A DNA stretch of 64,000 bases from Euprymna scolopes (taxonomy: Eukaryota): NCBI GenBank assembly GCA_053919585.1, contig CM132819.1; one strand, 5' to 3'. Below are positions 27,050-40,433 of this stretch, piece by piece. The notes beneath the pieces are model-generated. The model did not search any database. It was not told the DNA's origin and saw nothing but the letters and a program-made list of their open reading frames with translations. Position 1 is the stretch's first letter. Each line of letters starts with the position of its first letter. The translations under genes and the position numbers were made by a program.

Positions 27050-27637
27050 TCTATTCATCTATTAAACAAATCTCAAACGCATGTGTGTTTATGTGTGTGT
27101 TCTTATGTCCGCTAACACCTTTTATAATCGGCATCTTACAGGCTCGAACGTGACATCGTTAGTAAAAGCGATCTTTCAGACAAAAAATATTGAAAAATCG
27201 AAAAAAAATGTCGATTATTTCGTGTAGAATTATCGTTTGGTTTGAACAGAGATCAAATAAAAAGCCTTGCTTTCGACGCGGTTTGAAAATCGCGCATGCA
27301 CTAAGCGTCGTTACTTTCTTTAGTTTTAAAAAATAACATTTAGGAGAGCGAAAAATCAGCGACAATGTGGGATCATCGAAACAAGTGTTCGCGCCCGGCA
27401 CAATTATTTTTTTTAATTTTTATTTTTGCTTACAAAATGTTGCTTAAGTTTATCGTTAATGGCACACAAGTCCTGATTTTTAACGACCCCCATCTCTATG
27501 TTTACAATTTTTGCTCCCTTTCCGCTGTCACATTTGTTTTACAACCGGACAACGACGCCTACCAACCAGCAACCACCGCCCCCGTAATCATAATTTATTT
27601 ATTTTAACGACCGTAAACTCCGGACGCTCCCCGCTGG
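27050..27637 (+). mobile_element. Non-autonomous Helitron-like element
   Basis: 5' TCtat, (TG)-rich subterminal block, degenerate 3' end ctccggacgctccccgCTGGt; homologous to the adjacent copy. Confidence 0.6.
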
Positions 27638-27639
27638 TT

Positions 27640-28108
27640 TATTATATATATAAAGGGCAAATGTCTATGTTTTTGTGTGTGTTTTATATGTTCGCTAAAA
27701 CTTTTGTGATCCGCATCGAAACAGCGTGAAGCTAGAATCGTTAGAAATAGCGGTCTCTCGAACACATAATATCGAAAAATGTGAAAATATCCTTAATTTT
27801 TTCATGCAGAAATATCGTACTTTATTTTTGTTGTTGTTGAAAACTTTGGATTTCGACACTATTTGTAAATCGCGAATGTGCGTATAGTCGATTCATTGTT
27901 TCGTTTTAAAAACATAAATTTACTACATCGCGACATCTAGGTTGTTGTAGTCTGGCTGATAACGTGTTCGCTTACGAAATTAACTGTTGCATGGTCGCGT
28001 CCACCACGCAGCATTTTTTTTTTCGTTTTTAGTTCTTGCTTCTGGCACCGACGTCTCATTTTTTAATTGAGTATATTTTACGATCGGGTAACGCTGGGTG
28101 CTCCGATA
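27640..28108 (+). mobile_element. Second tandem Helitron-like copy
   Basis: Aligns to 27050-27637 (tatgttcgctaa, atcgttag, aaaatcgcg.atg); 3' hairpin relic cgggtaacgctgggtgctccgataat. Confidence 0.55.
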
Positions 28109-28229
28109 ATCTTCTGTAAAGTTCAAAACCAGCTTCGAAACCTTGTAAGTCACGCCAGTTTTCCCTGAAGAAGACACGTTTCGAGTTTGTCTCCCCTGTA
28201 CAGTTTATTTTCAACCCAGCTGACCAACA

Positions 28230-28275
28230 ATCGCCTGAAGACGACTGAGCTTTCAGCGGAAAGCGTTAAGGGGAA
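28230..28275 (+). ncRNA. Degenerate hammerhead-like motif in a probable PLE terminal repeat
   Basis: cgc CTGAAGA cgactgagctttcagcg GAAA gcgTTA aggg; stem II ctga/tcag present, stem I poor. Confidence 0.4.
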
Positions 28276-28367
28276 AAATGCAACGACACGTAACATATTG
28301 AATCTATACGCAAACAGTCCATAATACAAAAAGATTAGTACATAACCTGGAAAAAATACAAAGAGAT

Positions 28368-28369
<2 letters not shown>

Positions 28370-28428
<59 letters not shown>

Positions 28429-28795
28429 ACATAGTATATTTATATAATTGCATATACGTGTATATGGGTGCATGTGTGTGTATGTATGTATGTATGTATG
28501 TATGTATATGTACATCTATTTCTTACTGGAGATCTTGATCTCCACGTATATGTATATATGTGGGTGGGTGGGTGTATATATATATATATATATGTATATA
28601 CGTGTATATGAGTATGTATATGTGTATAATAGTTGCGTATGTGTGTGTGTATGTCTACATATAGATGCATGTATGTCTGCATATACATTGTTAACCTATA
28701 TGTGTATGTGCGTATGTGGCTGTATGGGAATGTGTAGAAATGTGCATATGTACGTGTCTGTATGCATGCGTATTTGCGCGTGCGTTGGCTATGTA
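28370..28795. repeat. Low-complexity (CT)n/(TA)n/(TATG)n/(TG)n block
   Basis: Direct reading; a comparable block lies at ~48040-48362. Confidence 0.95.
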
Positions 28796-29260
28796 TTAAC
28801 CCTTAACTACCTAAAAACAACTCATTGTCAACTGAAATGAACAAGTCGACTACGAACATTCTAAATTGAAACTTTTACTTGTCAAACCCATATGAGACTT
28901 ACACAACCCCTTTTTCTCTCTTCCTCTCTTTCTCTCTCCCTCTCTCTCTCTCATCTACTTCATATACCTGGCTAAACAACCAAAATCAGTCAAAATTTTA
29001 AAACCTAAAAATTGAAATTCCTCCCCCTCCTCTCCTTATCCCCTTTTTACCATCTCCTCCCCTCCCTATAGCCATACATCTCCACCCACGCCTACCGAAA
29101 TCGGCTACACCCCACACACACTACAATCTAATGTATTTAATCTTCAAAACTTAAATATCGTTGATACCCGTCTCTCTCCCCCTTTTTATCTCTTACACCC
29201 CCTTTCTTCTCGTATTTCCTCTAAAACACGTCTTCCAAATACTAACAACCATTTCTATAA

Positions 29261-29317
29261 GGCCTGACGAGGCTGCTGGATCTTAAACATGGTCCAACAT
29301 CCGAAATATATGTAGCC
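29261..29317 (+). ncRNA. Type I hammerhead ribozyme, PLE-type (minimal stem III)
   Basis: ggc CTGACGA ggctgctggatc-ttaaacat-ggtccaacatcc GAAA tatat GTA gcc: stem I ggc/gcc, 12-position stem II with 2 mismatches. Confidence 0.8.
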
Positions 29318-29564
29318 AAACAGANNNNNNNNNNNNNNNNNNNNNNNNNNNNNNNNNNNNNNNNNNNNNNNNNNNNNNNNNNNNNNNNNNNNNNNNNNNN
29401 NNNNNNNNNNNNNNNNNNNNNNNNNNNNNNNNNNNNNNNNNNNNNNNNNNNNNNNNNNNNNNNNNNNNNNNNNNNNNNNNNNNNNNNNNNNNNNNNTCTT
29501 TTCTAACTCCCCTTCATCTACGATTTTTCCATTCTTATTTGATTTTATAACTTCGTCCATCTAT

Positions 29565-29637
29565 GAATTTTGACGATGCTAGTTGGATATTTCATCTCGT
29601 TGAGGATCTTCCTCTAGCTGAAACAATATGTAAACTC
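29565..29637 (+). ncRNA. Degenerate type I hammerhead
   Basis: gaatt tTGACGA tgctag...ctagct GAAAC aatat GTA aactc; C3 mutated, stem II gctag/ctagc, stem I 4 of 5 pairs. Confidence 0.55.
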
Positions 29638-29662
29638 ATACTGGACTCACAGTAATAAATTT

Positions 29663-29724
<62 letters not shown>

Positions 29725-29729
29725 GTCAT

Positions 29730-29773
29730 CCACATACAATACTGTTTCGCTGTTCCGGAGCTCATCAGTGCGG
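29730..29773 (-). ncRNA. Type I hammerhead ribozyme, apparently intact
   Basis: Minus strand: ccgca CTGATGA gct-ccggaac-agc GAAA ca-gtat-t GTA tgtgg; all three stems can form. Confidence 0.85.
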
Positions 29774-30224
29774 CTAGATATGCATAATTCAAAAGTAATT
29801 TTTCGGACAGTTTCGATTAAATCTCTACATTGACCGTTGTCAACATCCGATGGAAGGTCACTACGAGCATCGCTGCCGTCACGATATTTTTCTTAAACCA
29901 CTATTGTGCTATGTGTTCCGTAGTGCTTCCCGAGTAAACAGCTCATTAATATCACGAACTGTTTTAGCAGTGTGTCGGTTTAGGTTGAATTGAAATAAGA
30001 AATTGTGCGAATTTTTCTCTTTTTTTCTATCTAGTATTCACTGCCTTGGAAAAGACATAATTGTTTTAAAACGATTGTAACTAAGACGATTAGATAGAGG
30101 GGAAACCGTTCTCACAAATAATATATAAAGTAAAGGTATTATGACGAAATACATCAGTATAAATTAAAAATAAAAATTCTGGAAGACATTTCTTGGGAAC
30201 CTAATTTAGATCCGTATGTATAAC

Positions 30225-30276
<52 letters not shown>

Positions 30277-30630
30277 GGGGGCGTATTGTGTACAGAGTGG
30301 GCCAAAATATTTCACACGAGTAAATTAAAAGAAGAAAAATTTCTGAATGTGCATATCATGCACGTTTATTTTACTTAATTTGCAAAAATAATTCAGATAA
30401 ATTGCTGCAAATAACTGTCAGGAAACTGTTTGAATTACCGCTTGACTCTTGCCATTCTATATTTCCACGCATTATGATATAAACATATATTTTTGTCTTA
30501 GGTATTTTATTGATGGCTTATATGGCTATTTTTAATGATATCATTTTATTATTTTATTATTTAGATTATTATTATATTTACAGTGTTAATATTGATGTTA
30601 TTATTATGTATATACTCAAATTACATGGTG

Positions 30631-30720
<90 letters not shown>

Positions 30721-30723
30721 TAT

Positions 30724-31430
30724 GAACAACGGTCGAGAGATTCGAACCCGGCAACAAAGCCATCAAGGACCAAATTCATTAGACAAGACATGTTGTTGAA
30801 AATTAAACATTTATTTTGAACTTTTTTTACATTTGTCCGTGTGATCTAATCATTATATGATGATCTGCCTATGCGAATTAAATTGACCGACTTTATTTCA
30901 ACTTTAAAGTGCTCAACGATAAGAACTGAGTTTCGTAAAAGGGCTTACATAATTAATTACTATAATAAGTATTACAATAGTTATTACATAACAATTTACT
31001 ATAACAATTATTAAATATCTGCAGATACTAATGTTTCATTCTTCTGGGAATCATTGGTGCAGGGTGTTACGATTGAGAACGGTTGAGAAATTGAAAGCCG
31101 GCAATCAAGCCATCTCAGACTCTATTAGCAAGGACCAAATCTATTCATCGAGAAATATTGTTGAAATTAAAACATTTATTTTAAATGTTTTTTTAACGCC
31201 AGTTAATATTATCTAATCATCATGTGATGATTTGCACATTAAAACTAAACTGACCGACTTTATTTACACTGTAAAGTGCTCAACAATTAGAAACGAGTTT
31301 ATTAAAGGGGTTGACATAATTATTTACTATAATAATTATTAAATGTCTACAGGCACAAATATGTCATCTTTTTGTGAATCATCAGTGCAGAGGCGTGGGT
31401 TGTGCATACAACGCGCCAGGTGCATCTTCT
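30724..31430. repeat. Tandem duplication of a ~350-bp unit with a tRNA B-box-like relic
   Basis: Units ~30724-31073 and ~31075-31430 share caaggaccaaat, tgaccgactttattt, aaagtgctcaac; minus strand ccgggttcgaatctc at ~30735-30750. Confidence 0.85.
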
Positions 31431-32472
31431 GTTGAATGTAAAAATCATTGAAACTTTTATATCTATATCATTAATTGCAAGATGAAAGATAATGTGTTTA
31501 AAGTGCAACAAAATGTACATTACATAAAATAAATCAAATGTAATTGATTCAATTTAAATGAAATATTTATACCTTACTTTGTAAAATTTATAAAAGTGCA
31601 CTTCGAAGATAAATAAATTTCAAATTGAATCTTGTACCTTTACTTTTAAACCCTATAGTAAAAAGATTTTGTTTAACAATTTTTATGCCTTGGGTGAAAT
31701 GCTTTTCTAACTTGTATCTCATCTTTTTAAGATTATATTTCATTTAATTTAGAAATTTGGATTAAAAACATTGAATGTATGTAACAAGTTGAATTATTTT
31801 CAATATTCTACTCAGTAGAAAAAGTAACGTTTTTTTTAATTATTAGAATCTGATTTAAAACATTAGAAAAGAGCAAAACAAAGAAGCATACACGATTTAA
31901 TCTACTATTTTCTCTTTTTTCTCTTCTTTACTTCTATTTATTCTTTGTATTTCTATTTGCCTACTTTCTCTCTCTCTCTCTCTCTTTCTCTCAGCTCACC
32001 TCTATTTAATCCCTCCAACTCCACTCTCTCTATCTTACCCAATCCCCTTCTAATTCTAACCATTCTCCAACCTTTATAAAAAGTCGACTGCTACAACTAC
32101 TACTACTAATAATAATAATAATTGTCTCTGAAACCTCTGAAATCCACTGGTTGATAGGTATGCAAATGTTTAGTAATTAGTGTGATATCTTAAATAATTA
32201 ATTACAAAAAAATTACAATGCTTTTATTAAATGCAACATTTTCGGATGATTTAAAAGGAAAGGTGTTTACAATTAAACAAAGAACAGTGTTTATAGTTTA
32301 TATAAAGATATTGAACAAACACTAAAACATCTAGAAAATGAAAACCAGACATTATTTTTCAATTTTGATCAATTTTTTTTAATTTGTTATAATCTTATTC
32401 AATCCTTAAATGTTAGTAAAAGTCAATTTATATATATATAAATAATATATATATTGCAGTAATGTTACTCAT

Positions 32473-32870
32473 CTAGGGAGGAAATTTGATATTACAAGAA
32501 ATATATTCAGAATCACTAATAATGTTCCATTTTTCTTCATTTTTCACGATACAAGTGAAATGACCAAAATCATATGTATCCAATGTATGCATTACGGCAG
32601 CATTTAATTTGAAGTTTGTGCCAAAAATAATTTGCTTTTTTGTATTAAAATACATAATTTCAGCATTTATTCGTTTAAAAACATCATTGATGATTGAAAA
32701 TAGGTTATATATATAATTAGATGGATTAGTGTCCATTTGATTAAAAAAATATTGGGATAGGGAGGTACCGTTCGCACACGTGAAGCAAAACAAATCATAT
32801 TTAACAATTATTTTTTTTTGTAAACAAAACGCTGTTTAGTTCACCGTTAAAAACTCATGTAATGCATAGA
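32473..32870 (-). pseudogene. Degenerate ubiquitin-specific protease (peptidase C19)-like fragment
   Basis: FKLNAAVMHTLDTYDFGHFTCIVKNEEKWNIISDSEY resembles the USP His-box (YxLxAVxxHxG...GHY...W...D); upstream ALHEFLTV resembles the QxDxxEFL box; stops/frameshift between them. Confidence 0.6.
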
Positions 32871-33645
32871 AGTGCACACGTGTTTTTCAACTATATTTTT
32901 AAAATTGGACCAAAAATAAAGTCGGATTGCTTTAAAATTATATATTCTGATAACCGTAGCACCAACATTTGGCTTATATTCATAGTTTCATTTTTAATTT
33001 TTTTTAATTCGTTCTGGAATAAAAAGAAAACAGAAAAAAAACTTTGTTTACAATAAAATAATATCAACACTAGTATACGATGTTTTTAATCTGTTCAACT
33101 CCACTTTTTATCTTACACAATTGTGTGTATATGTTCGCCTCCCCTTTCTCTTAAAGTATAATAGCATGTTAGTGAGTATATTGTCTTTTACCTCCTCCCA
33201 TTACTCTCGCTGACTATTGTCAATTGTTTTCCTGTCTGCTCTGTCTCCCTCTGGCTCTCTCTCTCCCTGTAAGAGAGAAGGAGAGTTTTACATTTCATTT
33301 AATTTTGTGAATCTCCTCACACTATAGCTCATTTTTGCAACCCCCTCTTTGTATTTATTTATTAATTACAGGTCTGAATATTCTCTCTGTTTCAGTTTGT
33401 ACAACTTTTTTTTGCAACCCCCTCTTAGTTATACATGTCTGAAAAATGAGAAAATCTGATTTTTTTTAGCAAAAACATTAAAATAACTTTTTTAGATAAC
33501 ATTTTTAAGACTTCTTTCAGAATAGAAATCTTTACAATTTAACAAGGAGCATATTTCATATAAGTTTCGTTAAAAATATTCAGTATATAACGAGAAAAAA
33601 AGAGATGAAAATTTAAAAAGGCTTATATAACTGGTTGCGCTCAAT

Positions 33646-33692
33646 AGTAGTCCTCGTCAGCGAACGTCTTTAGTACTGTTATTCTGTTATTC

Positions 33693-33755
<63 letters not shown>

Positions 33756-33812
33756 CATTATTATTATTATTTAAAACATTTTGTGTACTGCTCTTTCGCG
33801 CGAGGACTAATT
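33646..33812. mobile_element. Possible Helentron/HINE-like end: inverted repeat bracketing an (ATT)n tract
   Basis: tagtcctcgtcagcgaa ... ttcgcgcgaggacta inverted pair around the microsatellite; subterminal direct repeat tttttgcaaccccctctt twice at ~33332 and ~33409. Confidence 0.35.
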
Positions 33813-36800
33813 ATTTTGTGCATGGTTTTCAAAACTCTCATTCGTTAATTAAACGAAGATTGTAAACTATTGCATTTCTTTTCAAAACTCGTGTCAGTCC
33901 CGACAATTTTGCAATTCATCGACTACTCAATCATTTCACATCAACATATAAAGATTGTGATTTCCACGCGGCAATTTGTTCATTAAACATTATCTCAAGC
34001 CGGTCTTGGTTATTAGGTAATGTATTTCATTCAGACATGGAATATTTCTATCCGTTACTGAGTTTGAATAAATTGCTTCAGACATTTTTTATTATTAGGT
34101 TTCGTTGTTCTGTTACCTTTGACTTCAATATACAATTAAACACGCATAAAAGCAAAGCTCAATGTATCTNNNNNNNNNNNNNNNNNNNNNNNNNNNNNNN
34201 NNNNNNNNNNNNNNNNNNNNNNNNNNNNNNNNNNNNNNNNNNNNNNNNNNNNNNNNNNNNNNNNNNNNNNNNNNNNNNNNNNNNNNNNNNNNNNNNNNNN
34301 NNNNNNNNNNNNNNNNNNNNNNNNNNNNNNNNNNNNNNNNNNNNNNNAATAGATGGATTGAGAGATAGGTATAAGTAGAGAAACAGATAGAATAGATGGA
34401 TTGAGAGATAGGTATACGAAGATCGATTCAAATTTGAGTTTCGAAACAAAAATTTAAACACATGTTTCTGGGAGAATATTTGCTTTTTTTATTTTTTATT
34501 TGCTGCTGTACTTTGCTTTGGAAGACGAGCTGAATACTAAAAATAATTGCGTTTTAATATTGGTATTTACTCTCTCTATCACTCACTCATTCTATTAGTT
34601 TGATGAAGTATTAAGTGGATAAGTAAATACCTGCGTAGCTTCAGTAAAATTTATTCTATTACTCAGCCCTACGTATATATTTAGCAATGTTTAAATAAAT
34701 ATAGAACTAAGATATGAATACAAAACGCGATAAACACCATTTAAAATTTATCATTGCTATATTTGCTTAAATGTATTACATTTCTGAACTCGATAACATC
34801 AGAAAAGGATTTTTTTTTTGCATTATGCTTTAAATTAAAATAGGCCTTTAGTTTAAGTAAGTATTTTACGTTCAACTTATTAAAGGACATATCATAAAAT
34901 AAGTATGCAACATAGAAAAAAGTGGTATATGTTTTGAATACACATTTGTGTAAGTAATATAATTAGAAAAAGTAATTGATAACATGCGTACGATTTCTTA
35001 CATTTGGTTTGTTATCTTTGCTCTCCACCATCTTCCGAATGTATCCTTTTTGATGTCGACAATTCATTGGTATGAAAATTAATGCATATAAAACGNNNNN
35101 NNNNNNNNNNNNNNNNNNNNNNNNNNNNNNNNNNNNNNNNNNNNNNNNNNNNNNNNNNNNNNNNNNNNNNNNNNNNNNNNNNNNNNNNNNNNNNNNNNNN
35201 NNNNNNNNNNNNNNNNNNNNNNNNNNNNNNNNNNNNNNNNNNNNNNNNNNNNNNNNNNNNNNNNNNNNNNNNNAAGGGTGAGAAGAAGGAGAAATATTTA
35301 ATTACGTTAATTTTAAAAGAAATGTCAACAAAGTGCTCAACAACCAGAATAAGAGTTCACATATTTAATTAAATATCACTAACTGTGTTTCAGTTAAGAT
35401 AGTAAGTTTTATAGTCATACTGGTAGAACATAGAAGACCACATATAAATTGACGGCGATACACAAAGAGAACTTACTTTTCATTAAAATTCTAAGAACTA
35501 GTCGAAGACAATAATAAAGTCGGCGCAATACAGAGTCAACATGCCAACGGAATTGCTTTTCATGTATAAATTATAATGAATATAGAATGCTTCCAATATC
35601 ATCGTTGTTCCAAGGATATGCGTTGAAAGTACACAGCAATCTTTACTGAATATTTAAGTTTCAATAATTGTAATTCATCTCATAATCTTATTGGGAAGCT
35701 TTTGCCCTAAATTTTCCATCCTTACTTGCTATCTGTCTCACTATTTCTTTCAGTCTCTCTTTCTCCGTCATGCTGTCTCTCTCTCTATCTATCTATATAT
35801 GTATGTATATATATATATGTATACATTATTTTTTATTTATATAATATTTCTATGTTTTTATTCAAATATCTATTAAATATTGGTATTTTAGTCTTATCAA
35901 AAAGTGAAGCAATGCTGGCGGCAATCAATACTTACGCACGTCCATAAATAAATTTTATGCACATAAAATATTTGAAAGATATTTTAATAAAAATCATTCT
36001 AGTATTAGCAAATATAAAAATTAATAAATACAAATAATACACCCCAAATGGAGTGACTAGAATGTAAACAAAGCGCAGGTAACTGTTTTTAAAAGGGCAT
36101 AGAGAGCGAAAATCAAATACCACAAAATCGCTCAGAAAATGAATNNNNNNNNNNNNNNNNNNNNNNNNNNNNNNNNNNNNNNNNNNNNNNNNNNNNNNNN
36201 NNNNNNNNNNNNNNNNNNNNNNNNNNNNNNNNNNNNNNNNNNNNNNNNNNNNNNNNNNNNNNNNNNNNNNNNNNNNNNNNNNNNNNNNNNNNNNNNNNNN
36301 NNNNNNNNNNNNNNNNNNNNNNNNNNNNNNNNTAAATGCATTTCGAAATAAAGCAACATAGAACATTTTATTTGAATAAATACATAGAACGTACTATTAA
36401 GCTTTCTCTGAATGAAATGGGCTCCCTGTAAGAGACAGGCAAATTTCTCAGACACCAAGCATCCTAAGTCTCTATAAATCCTCCATTAGTTAATGTCTGA
36501 AGTATTGTTCTAACATTTGGACATGTGCACTAATATTAGTCTTAAGCGTTTTGACCAATACGACTCTTTAACATAATATGTTCTACACTGACTAGAAAGT
36601 AGAAACTCCTTCCCGTAACCGCAATGGAAAATCCCTGTACTCATTTTAGAAGGACTATGCAATGCAGAAATTTAATTTGTAAGATTGAAAGTTAATTTCA
36701 CTCCACAACTGCTCACTAAAAATTCCTGCATAAATTGAATTGAATCAACCCCCCCACACATACACACACATATATATATATATGAATATATATAAGTATT

Positions 36801-38399
36801 AACAACAGATGGATATACACACATATATACATAAACACATATACACATTCACATACATATATACATACATACTCTTCAGCAGATAACTTGAGTGCTTACT
36901 AGATACTATGCTCGAGTATCTAAGGTGCCGATGTACAGCAGTTTGTCAAGACAACCTAATAGAAGGATACTTTTCCATTCAAGTAAACCTTGCAAATCTC
37001 AAAATCGCACAGTATTCGCGGTCAATATCAGTTTTCCTCGGTATGGCCAACTCACACTGGCTTTTATGAAAATGGTATCTTATATGTTTCCTCAAGTAAG
37101 AATACGAAGTTGGATTCCCCATCAGACTAGAAGAATTTTATGCTGAAATCAAGTATGACTAAGTAACCAAAAAGAACGTTTATTGTAACATATTTCAGTG
37201 GTTAACTGGGGAGGGAAAATCATGTTTTTAACTTCTTTACTGACTCAGCGTTTGGGAAGTAAAACAGAACTTTTATCANNNNNNNNNNNNNNNNNNNNNN
37301 NNNNNNNNNNNNNNNNNNNNNNNNNNNNNNNNNNNNNNNNNNNNNNNNNNNNNNNNNNNNNNNNNNNNNNNNNNNNNNNNNNNNNNNNNNNNNNNNNNNN
37401 NNNNNNNNNNAAAGAAAATTTGTTTACATTCACAGTTATTTTCCTTTCCCATTAAGTACGACATGCTTCTATTTTTGACGCATCCCAATGCCATCATGGA
37501 CAATAACTGTTACTTGTTTTCTTTTTACATTTTTTCTTAAACAAATCTTTACGTCACTTCATCTTTTTATTTGACGTTCTCCACTACTCTTTATCTATTT
37601 CCGCCATGATCGATATTGGCAGCCATTGCCAATGCAATTTGTCTATTTGTTTCGTCCTGCTTCTTATTTTTTCAATTCCCGTCCTGTTTTACACTTCTTT
37701 TCCCGTTCTATTGTCCGTGATGTTGTTCCTTCTCTTACTCTCGCCATTTCTCGCGTGGCTTTGTTTTTCCTTGCAAGGGGATTTAGCCAAGTGAAGCAAG
37801 AATTAAAAAAATAACTCGTATTAACAGGCTCTGCTCTTTATTTCTTTCTTCCAATTGCACTATTGAATGGATGTGATGCCCGGACAAAATGCTAATAGAA
37901 AAGTCTTTGTAGAGAGAAAAAAAGGGTCAGTCGTCTGGAGGTTTGGGAGTCAGAGGGGAAACCTTAACGAAAGACAGACAGAAAAGAAAAAGAAGACTAT
38001 TGGAAGAGGACAATAGAATTATGTAAAAATATTATAAAAAAAGAGATATGAAAAAAGAGGAATACAATAACATGTAAAACGATATATTAAAAGTGGAAAA
38101 ACAAGACATTGGTAAAAATTGGATATAATTAAATATATAAACGAGTAATATATGAAGAAACATAGTACGATACATTTTTTTATCACGTAATCCCATATGT
38201 TTCGTCCAGATTTGATTTCTTTAAGATTCAAATATGTTTTATACAAGTGTCAGCTTAAGTTTGATAATTGCATTATAAATTATATTTTTAATAGAAAGCG
38301 CTTAACACAAGAACGAAATATGATTGCAGCAAGACATAAATATCTACTGACCTTAGTCTGTAAAAGAGTTAGTCTGTAGCAAAGAGGAAAATGGTAGGC

Positions 38400-38650
38400 A
38401 GGAAGAGAGTTCCACAAACATCTCAGTCTTTGAAAATATCTACTAGAATGAAAATAGTGAATATATGGAAACCTCTAACAAGTAAAAAGAGCTGGAACAA
38501 AGGATACCGCGGACAAATATTTATTACTAAATTAGTATTTTTAGAAAAGACTGTTGAAAAAGGTGTGGCCAATCTAATAACAGATGCTTTTCTGCAATTT
38601 ATCAAATACCTTGAAATGAGATCAGCCCATTCATCAGCCTAAATATTCCA
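38400..38650 (+). mobile_element. Highly decayed LINE RT fragment (L2/CR1-like)
   Basis: YRGQIFITKLVFLEKTVEKGVANLI..SAHS resembles YRPISNLxFLSKxLEKVVAxQL..HS. Confidence 0.4.
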
Positions 38651-40090
38651 AAAGTCCTCCATACCTCGTCTGATTATAAATCTCCAGAGATAGAGAATAG
38701 TTTCGGGTTTGAGAAAGTGCTTAGAGCGATAGAGATAACTACGAAAACCAGAAAAGGAAATAGATTTAATATGTAAATTTCAAGAAAGATTTTAGAAAAA
38801 TACTAAGAAACTTTAAGGTCTATTTCCAATAGAGAGTAGAACATTCAATAAGAATTCCAGGAAGAAAAGGGGCACACCTGTGATTGAAAGACAAAAGCTT
38901 CGTGCAAACGAAAAAGGCTATTTCTTATCACAATACGTCATGTGACTCAAATAAACTTCTAGATCAACTGTATATTTCAACTGAGAAAGATGGGCGAGAA
39001 GCGGTGCTAGAATATAGAGCAAAACTGTTAAATTTCTAAGTACGCTCTTAGAAAAGAGACAGTGAAATGTATAGGGATATTTTACTAGCTTGTTCTGTGT
39101 GAAAAGAACGGGAAATCAACTCAATTAAGAATGTATTTTACTCCTTGACAGATGAAGTTTCAATACATTATCAAGTGTGCAAATATAGCATTAACAGTAG
39201 CAAGTGGGACCAAAAAAAACCCAGAAGAAATAAGAAGTACAGTGCAGAAAAAAAAAACACTTAAAACAGATTAAAGATCATCCATGAGATTAAAAACCGT
39301 GGACACGTAAAATATGAGGGACCCTAGTGATGAATGATAGCATGACAGTGCAAATGCGTTGAAATATTAAACTGACAAGTGGCAAATAACCGTTTTATGT
39401 ACGTCATTGCTATGAATAGAAGAATCTGAAGTAGTGTTGAAAAACAAATTTACTTGCAGCATGGCCTCTTCTATATTATGATGAGAATCACACTCTTAAA
39501 GGATAGTATCGTAACACCATAGAACCAACAGGAGTACTAGTAATGTGCAGCGTATATTAGACACCACCGGATAATAAGTTCCGCTTACATTTATCCTATC
39601 CTTGTAACATTTTATTAATATATCTTTCTCACACTTATTTCGGCTTTCAGGTGTTCCTTCCGTGGTCCCTAACTTGGATCTACATCAGTGATGACAGAAT
39701 GATTTCGAGATACGTATTCCCGCCGAAACCCCAATATCTTACAAGAACCACATCAACAGCCAGAGAAGGATTCGAGAATTCCATTGATAAGTTCGTCCTC
39801 ACCACAACAGTAGCTATTAAGGGCCCGTTTAATCACACAGCGGAGTTTAATAAGAAATTATACTGGCATTACTACATCGACGTTTATACAAAAATAATAT
39901 GTGATTACCAATATCAGTGACGAAATAACGTCTGAATTTTTAAAGATTATTTAAAGCCTACCAAAACAATATATCGAGAACAATCACTGCAAAAAATAAA
40001 GGTCGTTCACAAAGCTAATTGAGAATCTCAAGAGCCGACGTTGAATTTCAACAAAATTCCGTGCGTACAATTTTATTCTCCCATCAAATT

Positions 40091-40433
40091 TGTAACAGAA
40101 CGCGTATTAGCACGCGTGAAGACATCAACAGCAATCGAAGAATAAATGGCTAGCGAAACTATTAGCAGCAGCAGCTGTTTGAGCACTATGCAAATTAGTG
40201 AGTGTTAGCGGACTTGCGTCACACGAAAATAAAGGGCAAAAGGGACAGCAGATATTCGAAAAGAAAGGAAAAGTCCTTACCAGGTTAGATCGGCGTGTAA
40301 ACTTCGAAGCGAGCAATGGCTAGATATAGCCGGCGTTTTGTCGAGGTCAAGATCGAGATAGACGTGTGACCGTGTAGAAGAGGTGAGACACATTAAAGCG
40401 GATGTCAAGAGGGTGGGTGTTTTCTTAATCTCA
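40091..40433 (+). mobile_element. LTR-like sequence followed by a PBS-like TGG
   Basis: Starts TGTAACA, ends tctCA, then tggcagacgg; shares tatgcaaatt..agtgttagcgg.cttgcgtca with 42146-42648. Confidence 0.55.

Noticed and set aside
36892-37814. Short ORFs of 62-85 aa
   Set aside because: No recognisable domains or codon signal; consistent with random ORFs or decayed repeats.
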